Below are positions 14,470 through 23,250 of a DNA stretch of 32,000 nucleotides, one piece after another (the stretch's first letter is position 1; each line of letters opens with the position of its first letter). The notes below the pieces were generated by a model. That model did no database searches. It was not told the DNA's origin and saw only the letters and a list, made by a program, of their open reading frames with translations. Source of the stretch: Candidatus Saccharimonadota bacterium. Its GTDB lineage: Bacteria > Patescibacteriota > Saccharimonadia > Saccharimonadales > UBA4665. Both the position numbers and the translations under genes were made by a program. The DNA is taken from NCBI GenBank assembly GCA_002952755.1, contig CP025011.1:1418270-1450269 (forward strand). The letters are read 5' to 3'.

Positions 14470-14904
14470 ATGCGTCCTCGTCGATTAATCGTCATAGCTT
14501 CGCTGGCAACCATCATTTTAGTGGCCATTCCTTTGATTTTTATTCATAAGGGCGATGGTTATCGTGGTGTTTGTGACTCGCTACTAAAAGATATTCAAAA
14601 AAACGATGCTGCCAGCAGCTACAGTTTGCTTTCTGATACAGCCAAACGCACTGACTCGCTTTCTAGCTGGACGGGTAAAGTAAAGTTGCTCTACAACGTC
14701 TACTATAAAAGTACAGTTACGCCCGTAAAAAGTGTCGATTTAACCACCACTGTCAATAAAAAGAAGGGGCCGACGCGTATCGAGTACGTCTATACGGTTA
14801 CTAATCAATTTGCCACCTCCGATGCACTTTGCTACGCCACGAAGCCTTCAGGCTATAAAGTAGATTCTTTCTCGAGCGCAGTGAGACAGGAGGGCACTCA
14901 ATGA
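14470..14904 (+). CDS. small N-terminally membrane-anchored protein, unknown (possibly NTF2/DUF4878-like)
   Basis: 144 aa. The TM anchor is LIVIASLATIILVAIPLIFI. The following LLKDIQKNDAASSYSLLSDTAKRTDSLSSW pattern is typical of small anchored NTF2-like proteins (weak). The stop overlaps the next start. Confidence 0.65.
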   Translation: MRPRRLIVIASLATIILVAIPLIFIHKGDGYRGVCDSLLKDIQKNDAASSYSLLSDTAKRTDSLSSWTGKVKLLYNVYYKSTVTPVKSVDLTTTVNKKKGPTRIEYVYTVTNQFATSDALCYATKPSGYKVDSFSSAVRQEGTQ

Positions 14905-17900
14905 GGCGCCCTAAAGTTGCGAAAATTGGGCACTCGTTTCAGCAAGCCACTATCATTTTCGCCGCCCTAGTTGGAATCATTCTGCCTGCGACCGCACCTT
15001 TTCTCAAAACCAGCCATGCAGATGAGGTTGGAACGTCTTTTACTACTATAAATGGAGGCATATTCAAGGGTCCCGGCGGTGGAGTACCTATCGCTCATGC
15101 TATTGCATGTAAGGGGGGCATGATACCGGGACAGACGCTTGCGGCCACTAGTATAGATACGTCACTCGGCCGAAATCCGGCTGGCGATTCTGGCAACACC
15201 TTCAATGATGTCTATAATTCTACCGGTATGTATGCTGGCTTGCCCCGGCAGACAAACATCTTCGGATATCTGGGTCTTCCTGCTGCTGGCCGCGACCCTG
15301 GTGCCATACCCGAAGCAACAGCCACTGCATGGACATCATATATTTATGACCACTTTAACCAGCGAGTTACCACCCTAGGCCTTTTTCAAGGAGTAAATGG
15401 GCCTGGCCTGGACCCATGCGGATCAGGGCCAAACCGTCAATCAGATACGCCGCATCTTGTCATGATTCCAGTCGCTGACGATACTTGGGTCGCGTCGCAG
15501 TACAGCAATATTATTGCACAGGGAGGAGTTGGACAGCCAGCCCTGATTATCTTTCATCAAACCGGGCTGTCTCCTGCGGGTAACGCTGTTGGCTCCCTCT
15601 CATATTGGTACCCTGATTCCAGTAAAGGTATAGGCATGGCCTACAAGGGGCTGGACACTCAGGGTAAGCCTATCAACGGCGGCCCTCAGCAGAACGTTAT
15701 CGTTGAGGGCGTGTCCACCTCATCTAATCCTGTTGCTACAGGTAATGTCTCTAACGCTGAGTGGGTAGACGTGTCGACTATTAAAATACAGGTGAGCTAC
15801 AATGGCGGCGCACCTATTACAGAAACGTACATCAACCCTTCGTGGGATAATCATAGTTTCTATTTCCTGGCGAGCACTCCAAGCCCGACTCGTCAGGCCC
15901 TTATAGGCGCGGCCAAACAAGCCGATCCGTTCAGTAACGCCGCGCAAAACCAGGTACCTTTTATATGGATTCCGGACGCCGGCTTTACCGAACATAACGG
16001 CGAAGGTATTCTTAACTTATCCTACGATCGGCTCAGTCAGAGCCCGGGACTTGGTGACCTAAATCATAACATCGCCGGGTACACGTTTGCCAATCCGGCG
16101 TTTTATGATTACTCCCCCGGAAACCCGCCTGTGCCTGTTGGCCATGATGGAAAAAATCCGGCCCTTCCGGCAGGTCAGGTTATTACCAATAGCAGCCATC
16201 TTAATGGCGATATCTGGTTCTATGGCAGCAAAGCAAGCAATGCCTTTGTTACTGCTTGGACCAAAGGCAATGGCAACGAGCAGAACTATATTGGAGTCTA
16301 CACCTTTGACAATGCATCAAAGTTTTACGTGCACAGTGCCAAAGACTGTTCTGCGCTTGGCCAGATTAATTTAGGCACAACTATTGATAATATTACGCCG
16401 AACACAGAATTTCCGATACCGAAGTGGACCCTAGAGCCGCCGGGCCAATCCTGTCAGCCCCCTGCATATGGCAGCATCACCAAAGCATATGCAATTATTG
16501 ATGACCAAAAATTCACGGCTATCTCGGGCATTATAGCCGGCGCTGCTGCCAATTCGAATGGAAATAACCAGCAGTTGATATGTGATATCGGATGGAATCC
16601 TCTCACATGGCTGATTTGCCCGATCGCCCAAGGCGCCATCTCTCTGGCTGGTACGTTCGATACTGCCATCAACGACATGCTCAATATAAGCGTCAATACC
16701 TATCTAGACGAAAGTAAGCCCGGATCGGCAGGGGCAGATTTTTATGCAGCCTGGAACAGTTTCCGCGTTATCTCCATGGCGCTCATTGTAATTGCTGGGT
16801 TGATAATGGTGATGTCGCAAGCGCTGGGTGCCGAACTACTGAATGCTTACACCATCAAAAAAATGCTGCCTCGATTGCTCATGGCCGTCGTGTTCATTGC
16901 TGCTTCATGGCAACTACTTAAAGCGGCGGTAACTGCATCAGACGTGGTCGGCTACGGGACACGTTATCTTATCTACAAGCCATTTAGTACGGGGTTAGGT
17001 GCCGCCCACATTGGCGCAGGCACATCCGACGTTCTAGGAGTGTTAGGGGGTGCGGCTGTTGTTGGCCTAGGTATTTTTGGCATCTTGAGCTTTGCACTTA
17101 CTGGTCTACTTGCGTCACTGGTTGGATTCGTGTTGCTTACGTTCCGGGAAATGGTCGTTTTATTTGCGATTGCAATATCTCCTGTCCCCATCGCACTCTC
17201 TATCTTGCCGAATACCCGTAAGGGCTGGAAGATTTGGGGGGATACTCTGAGCGGCGCACTCCTGATGTTCCCGATTGTGGCTGGCTTTATCGCGATAGGC
17301 CATGTCTTTGCTCAAGTCGCCGCAAAAGTAAATGCCGGCGTGATCGGCCAACTCATATTTATCATCGCCTACTTTGCACCATACTTCCTTATTCCTTTAG
17401 CCTTCCGTCTGGCTGGCGGCCTGGTAGCCACAGTAGGTGGAGTAGTGAACGACCGCAGCAAGGGTGCCTTTGACCGTCTTAAGAATTATCGCTCCAACAA
17501 ATTCAAAACCAACATGCAAAAGGTTGCTGAAGGACGGCGCTTTAACGAGCTTGGTCAATTCCAAAGTAATAACCTGCTTGCACGGACAGCTAACCGGGGT
17601 ATTCGCGGGCTCAACCGGGGTATTAGTGGTTTTAATGATACAACTGAGGTCGCCGGTGCTTTCGGTGCAGCAGAAGCAAAATTCGGTTTCTTAACGAATC
17701 GGGGAATACGCCAAGCTGCCCTAAGCCAACATCGTGACATGGTTGGCGCCAAATACGCTCAGACCGGACGGGCGCAGGCGACCAAGGAAGACGACCTACT
17801 GCACCAAGCACGAACGTTCGGCAGCGAAGAAGAAGCGCGTGCCGGCCTCGCTGCCCGCTTCCGAAATATGAATTACGACGTCAACACTGACGAAGGACGC

Positions 17901-18872
17901 CGCAACATGGAAGCAGCCCTTTCTGCCGCCCGGGCAGCAGGCGGATACAGCAGGGCATACCAACGCTACTCATTGCGTCGCCTTGCAGCTACAGGAACTG
18001 GCTATGGTGACGTGGGCGACATGCTGCGTGCAGTAAGTGACGTGGCCGGAGATAATCGCGCCGAAGCTTCTGCCTTGCTCGGCGAATTAAATGCTGTTTC
18101 TGGCAATGTAGGCCGTCACGACCTCAAGCTTGGGTACGGTACTCAAATGCGCTTGTACGACCGGCTTCAGGCAGCCGGCCACCTGACCGAGGAAGAAGTT
18201 GACGATGCGGTGTATACAGCCGATAAAGACCTCGATAGCGTCAGCCGTATTCGCGACAAAAAGGTCTCCGTCGAAAACCTGAGCAAATCAACGGCACGGG
18301 TGTTTAGGCGCCTGGAGGTTCAGCGCGATACTGCCACTGACCCTGTTGTCATACAACAAGCTCGCGACGAACTGGATCGAGCAACGGGCCTTATCAACAA
18401 GGCGGAATCAGCCTTTGCATATGGATCTACGACGAATGTACAGGCTACTAATGATAACGTCGGCCGTGCGACCAGCGGCGCAAATACCGGCCTGGTAGTC
18501 GAAAACGCCGCGTATAACCCCGCGCTTCCGCCCTCACCGACAAATCCGCAAACTATATACGTTCCCGCCACTGGCCGGCGACGTGTGCAAATGGAGGCTA
18601 ACCCTGTGGAAACAAAGATTAACCCAACAACTGACCGACCTGAAATTACCTACGAGATCGCTCGCTATCCCGCAGGACATGCGTTGGCGGGGCAGGAAAT
18701 TATCGACGAATTTGGTACTCCAACACTATATAGAGATCCTGACACTGGCCGCCCCGTTCTCAGACAAAATCCAGCTACGAATGCTGTCACACAGCGTTCT
18801 GCGGAAAACCAACGTATCTACGGCGTAGGCACGGGCACGGGCGACCCTCAAAACAACGGTCTTATAACCTAA
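14901..18872 (+). CDS. giant VirB6/TrbL/PrgH-like polytopic T4SS membrane protein with large extracytoplasmic N-domain and charged C-domain
   Basis: 1323 aa with an ATGA overlap with the upstream gene. The signal peptide is ..FLKTSHA|DE and is followed by a ~560-aa Cys-containing exodomain. Six or seven TM helices lie around aa 620-880 (FRVISMALIVIAGLIMVM, LLMAVVFIAASWQLL, MVVLFAIAISPVPIALSILP, LLMFPIVAGFIAIGHVF, LIFIIAYFAPYFLIPLAF), then a ~440-aa Arg/Asp/Ala-rich tail. The family call rests on architecture and context, not alignment. Confidence 0.7.
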   Translation: MRRPKVAKIGHSFQQATIIFAALVGIILPATAPFLKTSHADEVGTSFTTINGGIFKGPGGGVPIAHAIACKGGMIPGQTLAATSIDTSLGRNPAGDSGNTFNDVYNSTGMYAGLPRQTNIFGYLGLPAAGRDPGAIPEATATAWTSYIYDHFNQRVTTLGLFQGVNGPGLDPCGSGPNRQSDTPHLVMIPVADDTWVASQYSNIIAQGGVGQPALIIFHQTGLSPAGNAVGSLSYWYPDSSKGIGMAYKGLDTQGKPINGGPQQNVIVEGVSTSSNPVATGNVSNAEWVDVSTIKIQVSYNGGAPITETYINPSWDNHSFYFLASTPSPTRQALIGAAKQADPFSNAAQNQVPFIWIPDAGFTEHNGEGILNLSYDRLSQSPGLGDLNHNIAGYTFANPAFYDYSPGNPPVPVGHDGKNPALPAGQVITNSSHLNGDIWFYGSKASNAFVTAWTKGNGNEQNYIGVYTFDNASKFYVHSAKDCSALGQINLGTTIDNITPNTEFPIPKWTLEPPGQSCQPPAYGSITKAYAIIDDQKFTAISGIIAGAAANSNGNNQQLICDIGWNPLTWLICPIAQGAISLAGTFDTAINDMLNISVNTYLDESKPGSAGADFYAAWNSFRVISMALIVIAGLIMVMSQALGAELLNAYTIKKMLPRLLMAVVFIAASWQLLKAAVTASDVVGYGTRYLIYKPFSTGLGAAHIGAGTSDVLGVLGGAAVVGLGIFGILSFALTGLLASLVGFVLLTFREMVVLFAIAISPVPIALSILPNTRKGWKIWGDTLSGALLMFPIVAGFIAIGHVFAQVAAKVNAGVIGQLIFIIAYFAPYFLIPLAFRLAGGLVATVGGVVNDRSKGAFDRLKNYRSNKFKTNMQKVAEGRRFNELGQFQSNNLLARTANRGIRGLNRGISGFNDTTEVAGAFGAAEAKFGFLTNRGIRQAALSQHRDMVGAKYAQTGRAQATKEDDLLHQARTFGSEEEARAGLAARFRNMNYDVNTDEGRRNMEAALSAARAAGGYSRAYQRYSLRRLAATGTGYGDVGDMLRAVSDVAGDNRAEASALLGELNAVSGNVGRHDLKLGYGTQMRLYDRLQAAGHLTEEEVDDAVYTADKDLDSVSRIRDKKVSVENLSKSTARVFRRLEVQRDTATDPVVIQQARDELDRATGLINKAESAFAYGSTTNVQATNDNVGRATSGANTGLVVENAAYNPALPPSPTNPQTIYVPATGRRRVQMEANPVETKINPTTDRPEITYEIARYPAGHALAGQEIIDEFGTPTLYRDPDTGRPVLRQNPATNAVTQRSAENQRIYGVGTGTGDPQNNGLIT

Positions 18873-18950
18873 TTTACGACCTTAAGATGGCAGAGATAAC
18901 GCCGCTCATCTACCCATACTGGCTCATATAGTAATTACATAAGCACTATA

Positions 18951-18980
18951 TTGACATTATACCAATCATGTGTTTATAAT
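18951..18980 (+). promoter_or_regulatory. near-consensus sigma-70-type promoter inside the T4SS operon
   Basis: TTGACA (18951..18956), an 18-nt spacer, then TATAAT (18975..18980), 36 nt upstream of ATG 19016, within the only sizeable gap (143 bp) of the operon. Confidence 0.5.
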
Positions 18981-19015
18981 TTAGATATGAAAAATTCACT
19001 CTTAGGCTGGTCGAC

Positions 19016-20893
19016 ATGGCTTTTCCAATAGCACTAGTAGGGGAATTTCCTGAACTGGCACATCGAAATCCGAATGTGATGATCGAGCCACGAGTGGCCG
19101 ATGTACCCGGCAATCCATTGACCGTCCAAGACCGAACCGCAAACATACATGCTGTCCACGACGAAATGAGCAACTTGCGCCGACAGCTTATAGATATGAA
19201 TCGGGCTGAAGGAAATCTATTACCTGGCGGGAATGTCGGCAACTTAACAGCAGGCATAGACCCCCGCGGCCGAAGTAGCACGCGGGCGGCATATAGCGCT
19301 AACCTGCGACGAGATCGTCTTACGCGACAACACGAAGCCATAGACGACCGTTTACACTCGCTATCCGACACTCAAGAAAGGTTACGAGATCTCGTAAATA
19401 CGGGAGGGAATCTCGATGACCATATACCCGGTATCGGGGACCGCATCGAAGCGGCACAAAACGTCGAAGACGCCTCCGAGCGCATGGTTGACGGCGCCGA
19501 AGCCGCAGAGCAGCGTGCACGAGCTGTCGAAAACTACCGCTACCACACTATGGAAGCACGCATGGCTTTTGAAGCGGCACACCCAGAACCGCATGCAGAT
19601 GCCGACCGGCAACTAGTGCTCCGGCTCAGAATGAACAGCCTCATTGGCTGCGCGATTAACGCGTCACTTGGTGACCCTAATGAGCAGCGACTAGGTGGCC
19701 GTGGCAATAGGGAAGCAGCCCTGGGGCGAGAAGAGCACTCGAGACAACTTGCATATGCTATTGCCGCGCGTGACGAGTTGGAAGGTTTATCGTTTTTGAC
19801 CAGCGATACATTCGAGCCGCTCATTACGAGGCACATAATTGCAAGACAGCGTTCAGCCAACCTTGGTTTTGAGGTTGATATACGATTAAGCAAAACTCGT
19901 ATTGGCGATGAGCTTGAGCAAAATGACGTCAATGTCGTAAACCATACACAAGATCTCCGTATGGAAACTATTGAGGGGATGCAAATCCATTCTACTGGTC
20001 GTGCCAACGAGCTGGCTGACGCCATTATTGCGGACTACCGTAACGAAGAACGCCTTGCACACCGCCCTGATCAGAGCCTCAACACGTACGACAGAGTCTA
20101 CACTCGGGATGGCGGCATACTAACTCATCATGGCGTAGTCAGGTATGATGACGGAAGTCAGGCCCGATACAATGGTACGAACTGGGTAAGGAGAAACTCT
20201 GACGGTAATGTATGGACCGGGCGGCCGACAGCAAACTTCAACGTGCCGGGCTTTTATACTGACGGATCTTTGGATACCTTACCGCTCAACGATTTCTATG
20301 ATAGAGTGCTCGAGAGGCGGGATCGGGCTGAAGAAGTCCGAGGTCCGAACGCAACTCGCGAGGCCTATTTTATGGACCGGGCTTTTACTGAAAGATGTAC
20401 GGCTGAGATTGCAAACATAAACACTCTCACCGACCAACTTCGCGGTCAAGTCACTGACTTAGACACTTACAGGACTGAGTGGCAAAATGAAATGGCACAA
20501 ATTCAAGGACGCTACGCTCCCGGTACCCCGCCAGCTAACTATGCGCAAGCCGACTGGAGTCGTTGGAGCAAGCTACATGACGCTATTACGCTTAATCAAG
20601 CCAACACCAATCTACTCCATCAGCAAATCCATGATGCTGAAGCACCTATAGGTGACATCCGGATCGCTGAGAACGTCACACGCTACTGGATGGCACGTTA
20701 CGAAGTAAACTATCGTAATCCAAGGGACACATCGAACAATCGCACGATGAGTCGTCGCGGCCACGTATTTCTAGATAATGTCACTATAAACGGTGTCCAT
20801 GGTAACTGGGAGATAGCCATTGGCGGTAGTGGATATCATACCGACCCTAACACCGGTGTAGCCACTTATTACCATCCGGATGGCACCGTTTAG
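19016..20893 (+). CDS. 625-aa soluble, highly charged protein of unknown function
   Basis: Long ORF with no hydrophobic segment, rich in Arg/Asp/Glu/Asn, and with predicted helical stretches (e.g. ERLRDLVNTGGNLDD...AEQRARAVENYRYHTMEARMAFEAAH). No motif recognised. Confidence 0.7.
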   Translation: MAFPIALVGEFPELAHRNPNVMIEPRVADVPGNPLTVQDRTANIHAVHDEMSNLRRQLIDMNRAEGNLLPGGNVGNLTAGIDPRGRSSTRAAYSANLRRDRLTRQHEAIDDRLHSLSDTQERLRDLVNTGGNLDDHIPGIGDRIEAAQNVEDASERMVDGAEAAEQRARAVENYRYHTMEARMAFEAAHPEPHADADRQLVLRLRMNSLIGCAINASLGDPNEQRLGGRGNREAALGREEHSRQLAYAIAARDELEGLSFLTSDTFEPLITRHIIARQRSANLGFEVDIRLSKTRIGDELEQNDVNVVNHTQDLRMETIEGMQIHSTGRANELADAIIADYRNEERLAHRPDQSLNTYDRVYTRDGGILTHHGVVRYDDGSQARYNGTNWVRRNSDGNVWTGRPTANFNVPGFYTDGSLDTLPLNDFYDRVLERRDRAEEVRGPNATREAYFMDRAFTERCTAEIANINTLTDQLRGQVTDLDTYRTEWQNEMAQIQGRYAPGTPPANYAQADWSRWSKLHDAITLNQANTNLLHQQIHDAEAPIGDIRIAENVTRYWMARYEVNYRNPRDTSNNRTMSRRGHVFLDNVTINGVHGNWEIAIGGSGYHTDPNTGVATYYHPDGTV

Positions 20894-20958
20894 CTAAGCC
20901 TGTAGTCTTTTTAATAACACTACAAGCAGCCCTTACTCTCGCGTATACTATGTAAGTA

Positions 20959-22227
20959 ATGTCTACCTACAAGGTCATTCAGGATGTGGAGGCCGAGGAC
21001 AAGCTCATTGGGCCGTTGTCGCTTCGGCAGTTTATCTATGCCGGCATTTCGGCTATCTGCTTGTATCTTTGCTATTTCTTAAGCACGCATCATGCGGCGT
21101 TCTTGACGATCGTCTTGATCCCGGTTGCTTTTATATCGGGCTTTTTTGCATTCCCTTGGGGGAGGGACCAGCCGACCGAACTCTGGGCGCTGGCCAAGAT
21201 CCGCTTTTTTTTGAAACCCCGTCGCAGAGTCTGGGATCAGGATGGCGTCAAGGAACTGGTGACCATTACAGCGCCTAAGCATGTACAGGTTGATTACACC
21301 AACGGCCTTTCGCAAGACGAAGTGCACAGCCGGCTGCAGGCGCTGGCCGCCACCATTGATAGCCGTGGTTGGGCTATTAAGAATGCCAACCTCACTGTGT
21401 CTACCCAGCCAACGCTCGTCATGGGCGATCCGCAGTCCGACCGTCTGGTGAATCCCAGCTCCTTACCCCAACCTGTATCCGACGTGCAGATAAGCGCTGC
21501 CGACGACATTCTGGACGAAAAGAACAATGCAGCAGCGTCACGTGTCGACAGTATGATTTCGGCCAGCTCAAAAGCGCACCGTGATAAACTACTGGAAGAG
21601 ATGCGCAAAAAGGATGCGCCAACCCTGCCGCCGCCGCCAAAGTCCGCAGCTACAGCAGCGGCTCCACAGAAGCCAAACGACTACTGGTTCCTCAATCAGC
21701 CCGCCCAGCCTGCCGGTATTCCTAATAATATGGTTACTTTTAACACCCAGGTTGTCACCCCGGCCACCCCCAGTACATCCGCGCCTATCTCCGATCCTGT
21801 CATAACTTCAGCGGTGACTCCTGTACAAAGTACTACGAGCACTCCACCCCAGGACGAAGCGAGTATCGTCGCCGAACTCGATGCTAAAAAACAGGAATTA
21901 CCGACAACCGCCTATTACAATCACTTGCACACCATTCAACCGCTTTCTGCCCAGCAGCAGGCTAGTACACCTCCAGCGCAATCACCAGACATACCTACCG
22001 CTCAACCGGTAGCGCCACAGTACAAATACAACGCCGTGACACCCACAACACCGAGCCCCGGTCCCGTTGCTCCGCCGGCCGCTGCAGCCGTAGCAGCGCC
22101 GGTGACACCCATTCAGCAGGCTGCTATACTACAGCTATCCAGGAATGACGATCTGAATGTGGCCACCTTGGCCCGCGAAGCCGAACGATCGGCACCACAA
22201 GACGAAGTCGTCATTAAACTGCATTAA
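20959..22227 (+). CDS. PrgI-family (VirB3-like) T4SS membrane protein with long Pro/Ala/Thr/Gln-rich C-terminal extension
   Basis: The N-terminus YKVIQDVEAEDKLIGPLSLRQFIYAGISAICLYLCYF plus a second TM (FLTIVLIPVAFISGFFAFPW) is the PrgI-family signature. It sits immediately upstream of VirB4, as in Gram-positive T4SSs. aa ~215-385 are low complexity. Confidence 0.75.
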   Translation: MSTYKVIQDVEAEDKLIGPLSLRQFIYAGISAICLYLCYFLSTHHAAFLTIVLIPVAFISGFFAFPWGRDQPTELWALAKIRFFLKPRRRVWDQDGVKELVTITAPKHVQVDYTNGLSQDEVHSRLQALAATIDSRGWAIKNANLTVSTQPTLVMGDPQSDRLVNPSSLPQPVSDVQISAADDILDEKNNAAASRVDSMISASSKAHRDKLLEEMRKKDAPTLPPPPKSAATAAAPQKPNDYWFLNQPAQPAGIPNNMVTFNTQVVTPATPSTSAPISDPVITSAVTPVQSTTSTPPQDEASIVAELDAKKQELPTTAYYNHLHTIQPLSAQQQASTPPAQSPDIPTAQPVAPQYKYNAVTPTTPSPGPVAPPAAAAVAAPVTPIQQAAILQLSRNDDLNVATLAREAERSAPQDEVVIKLH

Positions 22228-22236
22228 AAGAGGGAT

Positions 22237-23250
22237 ATGAATCCGAACGCACCAAACCAACCATATTCAGGTGGACAAACTCAGCCGGGCATGCCTTATG
22301 TGTCGCAGCAAGCTGCCTCGATGGCACCCGCTGGGGGCCCGCAGAACGTAGCCGGTGCTCATCCTGTTATTGCCAGCGATCTCATGCACCAGGCAGCTGG
22401 CATGGCAGCGTCGGTCGGCGCTCCTGATGCTTCCGCTGCGCCACAACCAACAAATGTAGTCGCCGGCGGTCCCGCCGCAGCCACTGGGGCAGACGGCAAG
22501 CCTTTAGTAGCTACACCACACACCAATCCTAACAGCACCCAAAATACGCTGCTAATTGCCGAGATCCGCGACGGTATTGTGATCATGAACGACGGCTCAT
22601 TCCGATCTGTTGTGATGGTCAAATCAGTCAACTTCGACCTGATGAGTCCCCAGGAGCAGGAATCAGTAGAGTATTCGTATCAAGGATTCTTAAACTCGCT
22701 CTATTTCCCAATTCAAATCTTCATCCGCTCGCAAAAAGTGGACTTACAACCATACGTCGAGAAACTCGACAAAATCCGCACCGAGCATGACAACATGCTC
22801 CTTGCCATGCTCATGGAAGATTACATTACCTATATCGACCAGTTGTCGCAGCAAACCAACATTATGGACAAAAAATTCTACATAGTTATTCCGTACTTTC
22901 CGCATGTTGATGTCCAAAAAGCACTCACTCAAAGCAAGAACTTTTTTACCGGCTTTTTGAACCTATTTAATACCAAAGAACAGCACGTAGTAGTGAATGA
23001 AGCCGATCTCGAAAAGGCCAAAACCGAGCTTCGTAACCGCGTCCAGGCCGTCCTCCAAGGTGCGTTACAATGTGGTATTCAAGGCTTGCCGCTCGACACC
23101 CAGGAGCTTATCGAACTATTCTACGACACCTATAACCCAGACACGGCTACCCGCCAACAACTAAAGAATTTTGGAAGTCTGACCGCCGATATTATCACTA
23201 AAGGGCAAGGGAATGCCCCTCAGGCACACTTACAACGGGAGCTCAACTAA
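22237..23250 (+). CDS. VirB4 N-terminal-domain-like protein (apparent detached N-domain of VirB4) with Pro/Ala/Gly/Gln-rich leader
   Basis: After a ~100-aa low-complexity stretch comes LLIAEIRDGIVIMNDGSFRSVVMVKSVNFDLMSPQEQESVEYSYQGFLNSLYFPIQIFIRSQKVD. This matches the N-terminal block of Gram-positive VirB4 proteins as I recall them (for example Tn916 Orf16). The stop overlaps the next ATG (TAATG). AGAGGG lies upstream of the ATG. Confidence 0.65.
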   Translation: MNPNAPNQPYSGGQTQPGMPYVSQQAASMAPAGGPQNVAGAHPVIASDLMHQAAGMAASVGAPDASAAPQPTNVVAGGPAAATGADGKPLVATPHTNPNSTQNTLLIAEIRDGIVIMNDGSFRSVVMVKSVNFDLMSPQEQESVEYSYQGFLNSLYFPIQIFIRSQKVDLQPYVEKLDKIRTEHDNMLLAMLMEDYITYIDQLSQQTNIMDKKFYIVIPYFPHVDVQKALTQSKNFFTGFLNLFNTKEQHVVVNEADLEKAKTELRNRVQAVLQGALQCGIQGLPLDTQELIELFYDTYNPDTATRQQLKNFGSLTADIITKGQGNAPQAHLQRELN

